DNA from: Corallochytrium limacisporum Hawaii
Lineage: Eukaryota; Protista; Pluriformea
NCBI GenBank assembly: GCA_002811645.1
Contig: PDIP01000067.1
Span: 178,550-242,549, forward strand
Direction of reading: 5' to 3'
DNA: 64,000 bases
The position numbers and the translations under genes were made by a program. Positions 57,101 to 64,000 of this stretch are shown here, one piece after another. The notes under the pieces are model-generated. The model made no database searches. It had not been told where the DNA came from and worked only from the letters and a program-made list of their open reading frames with translations. The first letter of the stretch is position 1. Each line of letters opens with the position of its first letter.

Positions 57101-59345
57101 GTCGGGAGGCAATCTCGCAAGCACATCTTCCAACAACGCGCTTCCTCGGGCACTTATTCAGAGTGGTCGCTATATTGAAGGTCGTCGCTTTAGCGATTTT
57201 GAGGAAGTCTCTTCGTTGGGTCGTCGCGTTCGTCATGTCCGTGCAGCTGGCAAGGACTGGATTCTGAAACGATACGATTCGACATGTCGGACAGCGCTCA
57301 TCAAGGAACTCGGTGCTCTTTGTCGCATCAAGCACCCGTCTGTCGTACGCATGCATGCGTTCTTTCGGGATGGACCTGACTGGTACGTGCAGATGCCTTT
57401 CTTCCCTGGTGGAAATCTAAAGGACCTGCTATCTCGACGCACTGACATGCGGCTGGACGAGAAGCGAAGCATTTTTCACCGTTTGGCCTGTGCCCTTGCA
57501 TATCTGCATGATTCACACATTACTCACGCAGACTTGAAGCTGGAGAATGTGGTTATGGATTCCGAGAGCAAGCCCGTGCTGGTTGATTTCGACGTCTGCA
57601 GCGACCGTGCAAATGCACTCACGGTTACCAAATACCACGGACCCCGTGGTACGCTTGGTTATATGGCCCCCGAAATTGTCGACGGCAAGTGTCAACCGAA
57701 CCCAGTGAGTGATGTGTGGGCTTTTGCTGTTATGCTGTATCGTGGAATGGTATCTATTGACGGCGATGTCCTGGTAGAGGGACAGCATGTCATGTGGAAT
57801 CGTAATGTGGCTCGCGAGAAGGATCTGAATCTCGAAAACATGCTTGCGCGCATGTTCACGCTGGATCCCGAGCAACGTCTGAGCATGGCGCATGCCTGTG
57901 TGCATCCCTTCTTCAGCGACAGTTCTCTGACTGGTCTGTTGGACGAGAGTCGCATGAAAAAGGATGGCCAGCAGCTGGCTATTGTGTACCGTCGTTTAGA
58001 CGAACTCCGCCGAGCCTATATGCAGAGCGTGTGGCGCATTCATGTGAGCCGACCCACTCTAGTACGTGATGTTATGTTGCACTTTCGGGCCAAGCCAGAG
58101 ATCATACGCAAGCGCTTGTTGAGCCGCATGAGCGTTGTATACACACACGAAGCCGGTGTAGACGAAGGAGGTCTTAGTACGGATCTGATCACTCAATTTT
58201 TCCGTCGCATCATTGCCAACAAGAAGCTATTTGAGACTCCAGGCAGCAACCACCTGGCCCTTCCAGCGAAGGCACCCCCTGCAGTAGTGGCTGCCAAGAA
58301 GGCGGCGAAGGAGAACCCAGGGGCTAAGGCGAACCTTGCCGGAAAGGAGGTAAAGAAACTGGAAGAACTGTTGAAGGTCGAAGCAGAAGCGGAAGAAGCG
58401 TACAAAGCCATGGGTGCAGTAATGGCGAAGTGTGTCGTGGATGGTTTGCATATTGAGACACTTTTCGCTCCAACACTGACAAAGTTCTTCTTGTCCGCCA
58501 TCCAGGGCACGGAGGCAAGTGGGAGCATCAGTATGCATGATTTGAAGGCATTTGATCCCGATCTGGCTACGCATTTGAGTTGGTTGCTGAGCAATCACGT
58601 TGATGATCTCGGTCTCACCTTTGACGACCTGGGCGGCATTTACCACGGGCGGGATATTCCGGAGGATACGCTACTAACCGAGGAGAACAAAGGTGAGTAC
58701 ATCAGCCGTAAATTGTACGACGTGCTACTGAAAGACCGGGAGCATCGTCTCGAGTCCATGGCCAGTGGCTTCTGGACCAATATTCAGCACCTTGTCGGCG
58801 CTGAAATGGCCTTGCTCAGTCATGCCGAGTTTCGTCTCCTTCTCTTTGGTGCTGGCAGTGTTGCGGCAGCGGATGTCATTGCCCTGCTTTGCTCGGAAGG
58901 CGATGATCATGGAACCGCCGAACCCTCCGAGAACAACGCTGCCATGGAGCGTTTGAAAAATGTTCTCGAAGGCTGGAGTCGCAGTAATCCTATCAAACTG
59001 CGACATTTCTTGGAGTATGTAACGGGCTCGCCTGCTATGCCGCGAGAGGAAAGTGACCAAATATTCATCCTCTGGATCCCCGCCAATACCGATGATGAGT
59101 TGGCAACTCAGGGTCGACCACAAGAACTCTCTCGCAATCCTTCGATGTCATCGTTTGGCTCTGGTGTGGCTCTGGATGAGGGCGATGTGCGCAACAACGG
59201 CAAAGTAAGTGTGCCCATGCTCCCGATTGCACACACGTGCACCCGCGTCCTGGAAATGGCCCCGTACTCATCTGAAAGGGAAATGGATGAGGCGTTAAGC
59301 AAGGCCTTTGAACTCGGCCTCAACGCAGGCTTCCACATTGCCTAA
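54195..59345 (+). CDS. Ankyrin-repeat / coiled-coil / protein kinase / HECT E3 ubiquitin ligase fusion protein
   Basis: About 11 ankyrin repeats (TPxHxAAxxGHLxCL); kinase motifs WILKRY, HADLKLEN, DFD, GTLGYMAPE and SDVWAF; HECT motifs EAGVDEGGL, FLEYVTGS, LPIAHTC and terminal GFHIA. Confidence 0.92.
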   Translation: MADPEGEFSSPESQPLVAGQSCGDCRDSIFNAALEGHLPCLKFIVEDLGTDPDVQDEDGESPVQLAASGGHLECLEYLVRDRNADVDVKDVEGSTPCHWAARNGYLHCLRFLHESGANFNLRDNDGDTPAALAAFDGHLNCLQFLTSELKVDIDTRNSYGSTMVHAAARNGHIRCLTYLINILQCDKDVVNENGKTPLHLACAGGHLSCVRFLIEECGANVKAEDKEGNTPLHWAAQGGHISSVRFLMEECGADCNKLNAEKETPIYWAASNGSVNCLRYMINECRGDASIKESSGLTPAHIAAQEGHVGCLRFLLEEGHSDLDTRDHTGQTVMHYAVRSGELKIVKYLVEDAQADVHVKDNQGNTCIHIAATEDDFAILRYLVVELGAETGIANDEGNLPFQLATDPKCKAVLQSALKLRNDHLLTQLSKAEEEINSMRQQLNDRAASGLDRASATDQASGDRATTILKSDVPGHLWDVFTHIRQTYATIGDASRTASFTRDSMDSSGDIEEPIRKKVKLTDVKSGDVSVVKQEMDVDDKTETRGRRKIPENRPRLNLDQMSDHVRSLLDVRRGFHLPPDLAWLIGRTREIINTMIYQPGSQQGSAPVDDALLHKEQRISRHANKVRHIVKHIIQDENAKARGDKDLIGDSSSEQTTGSASPQKNVKEGEKVNTDGAAGDNKVPTLTELESERAKRDMARNDFLASLQEEYHKTSRICEDMERFIKELPMMRKLYGELMEGIGTEQVNMPEELAVVRSKDAGRIRLEGEIRTVEEWLSSHGKDLESAMAYTDFILYILEDAITKETKLLEKAMTAATPIRRFASVARYCLHQTESHATNNAMITWWKSRQAELEVKLRHANEVKSKEESSRALLNEMEKIKGNILESKAKVFELQAQEARATARGASMEKLEEIRCMREEMEASINTDNEKLLEWQTLRADLGQSFFPELQLQDDTRLMNVGVLGTSRSGGNLASTSSNNALPRALIQSGRYIEGRRFSDFEEVSSLGRRVRHVRAAGKDWILKRYDSTCRTALIKELGALCRIKHPSVVRMHAFFRDGPDWYVQMPFFPGGNLKDLLSRRTDMRLDEKRSIFHRLACALAYLHDSHITHADLKLENVVMDSESKPVLVDFDVCSDRANALTVTKYHGPRGTLGYMAPEIVDGKCQPNPVSDVWAFAVMLYRGMVSIDGDVLVEGQHVMWNRNVAREKDLNLENMLARMFTLDPEQRLSMAHACVHPFFSDSSLTGLLDESRMKKDGQQLAIVYRRLDELRRAYMQSVWRIHVSRPTLVRDVMLHFRAKPEIIRKRLLSRMSVVYTHEAGVDEGGLSTDLITQFFRRIIANKKLFETPGSNHLALPAKAPPAVVAAKKAAKENPGAKANLAGKEVKKLEELLKVEAEAEEAYKAMGAVMAKCVVDGLHIETLFAPTLTKFFLSAIQGTEASGSISMHDLKAFDPDLATHLSWLLSNHVDDLGLTFDDLGGIYHGRDIPEDTLLTEENKGEYISRKLYDVLLKDREHRLESMASGFWTNIQHLVGAEMALLSHAEFRLLLFGAGSVAAADVIALLCSEGDDHGTAEPSENNAAMERLKNVLEGWSRSNPIKLRHFLEYVTGSPAMPREESDQIFILWIPANTDDELATQGRPQELSRNPSMSSFGSGVALDEGDVRNNGKVSVPMLPIAHTCTRVLEMAPYSSEREMDEALSKAFELGLNAGFHIA

Positions 59346-59425
59346 CTGTGTACTACACAGCCTGTTAAAATAGAACTACTACAAACTTTACATATGAACT
59401 TGACGTACATGTATCATGACTAGAG

Positions 59426-60970
59426 TTACAGAACATCGATACCGATGCCAAGGTGCCATCCAGTACGGAATTGATCTGATGGAAGCACTTGGACCGGCAT
59501 GCAATAGCTCAGCTCCACGCGCGCTATCGCAGTCCTCAGTACCAAGCCAGCTCCCATGCTCGCTCGCACATTGTCACCAGACATTTCCATTAACATAGTG
59601 CGCATTCTATGCCCTGCACTCAAGCCGCCTGCAGTTACAAATCCGTGAGTAAAGATACTATCCCCGAGTCCGGTGCTGCCCAGACCCGGAATCTTCGTGT
59701 AAACGTGCATTCCAGTGCTCCACATAGCATTGCCTCCAAGAGAGTACCCTTCCGAAGTGCCGGGGTTCACACCGCGCATCGCAAAACCGCGTAGGGAGTC
59801 CGGACCGCCGAGGTAGAAGCGGTCACACAGGTGCGATGAAGAAATTGGAGCCAAGGGCGCGTCCGTGCCGGCCACATCACTCGAACCAGCGTCACCACCT
59901 ATTGATGTAGCCGAGAACGTCGGACCTAGGGAGCTGGTGGATCCGCTGCTGGTGGCCCTAGTGCCACCACTGCTGCCTGATGTCATGGCTGTGGTCTGGA
60001 AATTCGCATTCACAGCACTCAGACCACTCAGAAATCCCGTCTTGAAGTGCAGACTCACCGTCAAGCCAAGTCGACGGATTGAACGGATGACCTCAAGGTC
60101 TAGTGTTGTCTTCAAGAACCGCACATTGCCTCCCAGGACCCCAGCTAATTCATTGGAGAGGATGAATTTTGTACCCGTTGACGCTAAAATCGGATGGTCC
60201 CTACTGTCTGCTGTCATAGTGTGAGTGATGCTGGTCTTGAATGAATGTCCCGCCTCGTCGTGCACACGAACAGATGCAGCCGGTGGGATGTTGCCAATTT
60301 CACGCCAGGAGTCCTCAACCGAAAGACGGTGCTGTCCGTAGAGAGTGGCAAAGAGATAACTAAACTCTCCACCACGAATAATCTCATCATGTCCAGATAG
60401 CTGTTGAAGATCCCGGAACGTCTGCCATCCCTTGATCTGCCACCGGTACCGCGGATCACCACTCATAGACGTGGGCCGGGAGAACGTTGCTGTCATTGCC
60501 CGTTTCGTTTGTGTTCCGACGGAATAGTCGAAGCTCGCCTGCTCACCTCTACCAAAAACGTTGCGAAACTTTGCACTTACATTAGCACTGGTATCGCTGG
60601 AACCGATCTCTGTTCCTGTTTTGGCCTGCAGAAGCCCGCATTCCTCAACGATATAGGTAACTTCAAGCGGTTCTGGCCCCGCTATTCCTTTCTTATTCTC
60701 GCTGACCTCAGCCTTTCTAATCTGGACTCCGACGCCTTTGAATGCTTCAAGATTCTGTAATTTGCGTGACGTGTAACGTATTTCAAACAGGAGCTCACTG
60801 ACAGTGCGGGCCTCCAACAGTCGCGCCACATCGTCGTAAACGACGTCGTTCTTGGTCCGATTGAAGCCGATAAAGTTAACTTTGGTTACATTGATGGAGT
60901 TTCCCGTGTCCCAATCGTCTGTATGTACAAATGAAGGCCCCGCAGGAGCCGACTCGTCCTCGGAGGCCAT
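59426..60970 (-). CDS. SAMM50: Sorting and assembly machinery component SAM50 (Omp85 family)
   Basis: POTRA (GFNRTKNDVV), RNVFGRGEQ, DSRDHPIL, DRFYLGGPDSLRGF, ARVELSYCMP and C-terminal beta-signal GWHLGIGIDVL. Confidence 0.95.
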   Translation of the reverse strand: MASEDESAPAGPSFVHTDDWDTGNSINVTKVNFIGFNRTKNDVVYDDVARLLEARTVSELLFEIRYTSRKLQNLEAFKGVGVQIRKAEVSENKKGIAGPEPLEVTYIVEECGLLQAKTGTEIGSSDTSANVSAKFRNVFGRGEQASFDYSVGTQTKRAMTATFSRPTSMSGDPRYRWQIKGWQTFRDLQQLSGHDEIIRGGEFSYLFATLYGQHRLSVEDSWREIGNIPPAASVRVHDEAGHSFKTSITHTMTADSRDHPILASTGTKFILSNELAGVLGGNVRFLKTTLDLEVIRSIRRLGLTVSLHFKTGFLSGLSAVNANFQTTAMTSGSSGGTRATSSGSTSSLGPTFSATSIGGDAGSSDVAGTDAPLAPISSSHLCDRFYLGGPDSLRGFAMRGVNPGTSEGYSLGGNAMWSTGMHVYTKIPGLGSTGLGDSIFTHGFVTAGGLSAGHRMRTMLMEMSGDNVRASMGAGLVLRTAIARVELSYCMPVQVLPSDQFRTGWHLGIGIDVL

Positions 60971-61879
60971 GTTGTCTACTAGAATTGCTACAGAATGTCA
61001 CAGTGTCGTGAGGTCATCCTCATCCGATTCCTCGACCGTTTGTTTGTTTGGGGCATGACAATGTTTTTTCTGTCATCGGCCCCTTTCCATGCTGCCAACT
61101 TCTCTCACGTACCTCCATTGCTACAATACTTGCTTGACTCAGGTCCTTCTGTGCCACCGATGCTGCCGGTCAAGCTACCGATGCATGTTATTTTGGTCCG
61201 CAATTGGTCAGTCCCCTCACACCTCTGCCACTGGGGGGGTTTGGGGGGAGTGTCAATCCCCTCCCCTTCCACTACACGCGATTCGTTTTGCCGGGCACTC
61301 CCGATTTTGGTGGATCCCTTTCGTAGGTATACACAATAAAGGGACCAGACCACTCTCCAGCAAGACAAAGCCACAATCACCTGCCCTCCCCACCCCCCAC
61401 CCCTTTCTCACTCTCCCCTCCCCTTCCTTTTTCCTATTCACCGCCGAAGGGCACCCTCCTCCTCTTCCTTTCGCCCGGTGGGCCGGCGGTCTCCAAGGGA
61501 AAAGGAGAGACGAACCGACCCCCGGCACCCTGCCGCTCCGTAACCCAAAGTTCAACTTGGCCGGTGAGAGGGGGGCTTTCGCCCATTTCTCTGCCCTGGG
61601 GAGGGGGTACTGGGACCAGCAGGAATGGATTCCATTCTGACCGGTGTTACTTGCAAGTGCTGCAGCTTTAGGGTCTCCGCGAAACAATGTTGTTTGTCAC
61701 AATCTCTTCTTTTTATTTCCGCGGGTTATAGTATGGTATTCGAAACCATACCGGAACACGTCGGCATCAGCCACTGTAGGCAACAGCGAAGGAGGAGGCG
61801 TTTCAAATAGTTAACAAGTACCCGAGAGTGTCATGTGTGGAACATAGGATAGTGCCTTCCAGGAGAATCAAATACAACC

Positions 61880-63379
61880 ATGGACTCCGCGATCAGGACG
61901 AGACGGAATGCCGGAGAAATGAAGGAGTCCATGAGAGAGCTCCATGAGCGGACTCAGAGCATGAAGCAGGAAAAGAAAAGCGACATGAAGGCGGCGACAC
62001 TCATAGACACAGCAAACGAACGTGACCTGCCCCAAATCCGTGGATCAGAGAGCGCGACACAAATAGAACAGGAGCAGCAGGAACAGAGAAAGTTAGACCG
62101 GAGTGACTATGATGAATGGCGGAAGTTTGATGTCGACCGCGAGCTGCAGGAGATCGACCGGCGGGAGGCAGAAAGGCGCCATAGTGAGAAGAACGACTCT
62201 CGGGAAAAAGAACGACAAATGGTCCAGCGTCTCCAGTACGCAAACACTTTGAAACAGCGAGGGAATGAGTGTTTCAAGCGTGGAATGTTTGATGAGGCCG
62301 AACGTCTCTATACTGAAGCCCTAGATCAGACCCAGGACTCTCCGCTCAAGAGCGCGGTAGCCGTGTTCTACGCCAATCGAGCCATGGCACGGCTGCGCAT
62401 GGAGAAGTTCACAGTAGCAGCATCGGACTGTGCAGAGGCACTCCGGCTGGATCCGAAGTACATCAAAGCATGGCAGCGCCATGCCACTGCTAAGGAAAAA
62501 CTTGGAGACATTCCTGCGGCGGTGCAGAGTTGGCGCAAAGTTCTTGTCCTCGAGCCTGCGAACATCAACGCTAAGAGGGCGGTGGAGCGCCTCAGGGGAG
62601 GCTCCAGCAAAGGCACTGAGAATGAAGTCATAAGTGAAGAGGAGGTGGAGCGTATTTTATTTGGTGGCGTGAAAAAGAAACCGCCTGCGTCCTGCGGCCA
62701 AGCCAATGAGATGCATCAGGTATCCGATGACCAGGGTTCACCACCAGAGACCCTACTGCACAGGCCGCGTCCGGGCGAGACCACATACACTGCTGAACAT
62801 GGTACGACGTTTCACAGTGTCCCTGTGTCGGTGATCTCGTTCAAGGATAATCAACAGCCGCAGTCAACTCAGGAACTGGCCAAACCGTCGGCGCCAGTAA
62901 CCAAAAGCAAAGAATCTACATCCTCGTCAGCGCCAGTAACCAAAAGAAAAGAATCTACATCCTCGTCAGCGCCAGTGTCAGAAACAGTACCAGATCAAAT
63001 ATTAATCACAAAGCGTCTGCCGGCCCCCCCAAAGACTGCCGTCGAATTCGAACGGGACTGGAGAGTTGTAGCTGGAGATACAAACCTGCGCAGGAGTTAT
63101 CTGCAGAGCATCAACCCACCGGCTCTGCCAAACCTGCTGCGAGAATTCCTTACCGCGGAACTCCTCGAGGACATTGGAACCACCGTCGAGGAAAATGTCG
63201 AAATCTTTGGGGCAGAGCGTAGTCTGCAGTATCTCCAGGGCCTGAGCCAGTGCAAGCGCTTTAAAACAGTCTACCTTTTCCTGTCTAAGGACGCCAAACG
63301 CGTGTTCAAGCTGATCCTGGAGAAATCTGCCACTTTCAGCCCCCTTGCCACAGAGGTAAAGCAGGCCTTCAAGCTATAG
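61880..63379 (+). CDS. RPAP3: RPAP3/SPAG1-like TPR co-chaperone (R2TP subunit)
   Basis: N-terminus similar to RPAP3 (NAGEMKESMREL, SDYDEWRKFDVDREL); carboxylate-clamp TPR KQRGNECFK...FYANRAMA...YIKAWQR; RPAP3_C motif PPKTAVEFERDWR. Confidence 0.88.
   Translation: MDSAIRTRRNAGEMKESMRELHERTQSMKQEKKSDMKAATLIDTANERDLPQIRGSESATQIEQEQQEQRKLDRSDYDEWRKFDVDRELQEIDRREAERRHSEKNDSREKERQMVQRLQYANTLKQRGNECFKRGMFDEAERLYTEALDQTQDSPLKSAVAVFYANRAMARLRMEKFTVAASDCAEALRLDPKYIKAWQRHATAKEKLGDIPAAVQSWRKVLVLEPANINAKRAVERLRGGSSKGTENEVISEEEVERILFGGVKKKPPASCGQANEMHQVSDDQGSPPETLLHRPRPGETTYTAEHGTTFHSVPVSVISFKDNQQPQSTQELAKPSAPVTKSKESTSSSAPVTKRKESTSSSAPVSETVPDQILITKRLPAPPKTAVEFERDWRVVAGDTNLRRSYLQSINPPALPNLLREFLTAELLEDIGTTVEENVEIFGAERSLQYLQGLSQCKRFKTVYLFLSKDAKRVFKLILEKSATFSPLATEVKQAFKL
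62891..62976 (+). repeat. In-frame 39-bp tandem repeat (about 2.2 copies) in the RPAP3 linker
   Basis: gcgccagtaaccaaaag(c/a)aaagaatctacatcctcgtca at 62891 and 62930, with a partial copy at 62969; encodes APVTK(S/R)KESTSSS. Confidence 0.9.
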
Positions 63380-64000
63380 TCGAATACCAATTAAAATCAA
63401 AGAATATAAGGATTTTGAACATAATATATTGATTTTTATGACAATCAAGGGGAGGGAGGGAACTGTAACTTGGGCAAGCTGTAAGTAAACAGTGTACAAC
63501 CACGTACACATCCTGGTTTTCCATAAACACCGATAGTATCCCAGGGCAAGGGTCTCCTGTAATGAAACGACTGGGGACGATACCAAAGCTCAGATTTTAA
63601 ACTTCAATCATTCAGACCTGCTAGGAACATGTTCGCGGCTAGCTGTTGTGTGGTTGAAACTGATGTTGTCACCATACTGTTGGTAGTGCTGCTTTCATCT
63701 CTGCGGTAATGTGCAAGAAGAACATCCATAAACCGCCGCACACAAGGGTATTTGGGATCATCTCATCATGCTTTATGAGGCAAAAGGGGGGACGAATTGG
63801 GTCCTGGTCACACTGACGAATACTGAGGGTTGCCCACTCACAGTAATGATGTCGTTGTTCCAGTCCCTAGCAGAGTTGCCATCCAGCGATCCTTTGGGAC
63901 CAATCCCAGTGCAGGATTCTTCACGATGTCTTCTCCGCTGTCGCCATATATCAATATCATTCAAGCGCAGCTACGTCTCCGACGGTAAGGAGAACTCTCA

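Noticed and set aside
41103-60970. Apparent cluster of mitochondrial genes (ATP5PB, PRORP, TOM22, SAM50)
   Set aside because: They are interspersed with unrelated genes and I saw no shared motif; compatible with chance in a compact genome.
63773-64000. Possible 3' end of a minus-strand gene at the window edge
   Set aside because: Too little sequence to choose a frame or assign a product.
1-64000. tRNA, rRNA, snRNA genes, CRISPR arrays, transposase or reverse transcriptase ORFs
   Set aside because: None recognised by eye; a covariance-model search (tRNAscan-SE, Infernal/Rfam) is needed to exclude divergent RNAs.

Overview
Gene-dense eukaryotic scaffold with six N-gaps, each opening at a poly-G/C or GA tract. 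It carries about 19 protein genes whose CDSs appear intronless. The gene set (SH2-domain protein, CaV-beta-like SH3-GK protein, TRIC channel, PRORP, CATIP, fungal-type cystathionine gamma-synthase) suggests an intron-poor unicellular holozoan, such as a Corallochytrium-like organism; this is inference. Housekeeping genes are OLA1, SMC5, eIF3k, DNA polymerase alpha, ATP synthase b, ORC5, PRORP, TOM22, SAM50 and RPAP3. The most unusual items are: (1) a candidate STAT-analogous transcription factor fusing a fungal MedA/DUF7082-like domain to a Cbl/STAT-like EF-SH2 module with a terminal Tyr (20310-22241); (2) a 1716-aa ankyrin-kinase-HECT fusion; (3) a disrupted ciliary gene, CATIP; (4) two GPI-type surface proteins, one glypican-like and one Agd3/CBM87-like without the deacetylase; (5) E2F sites upstream of three DNA replication/repair genes; (6) splice signals confined to 5' leaders and intergenic DNA; (7) a MITE-like 51-bp inverted repeat. 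All homology calls come from motif recognition by eye, not database searches.
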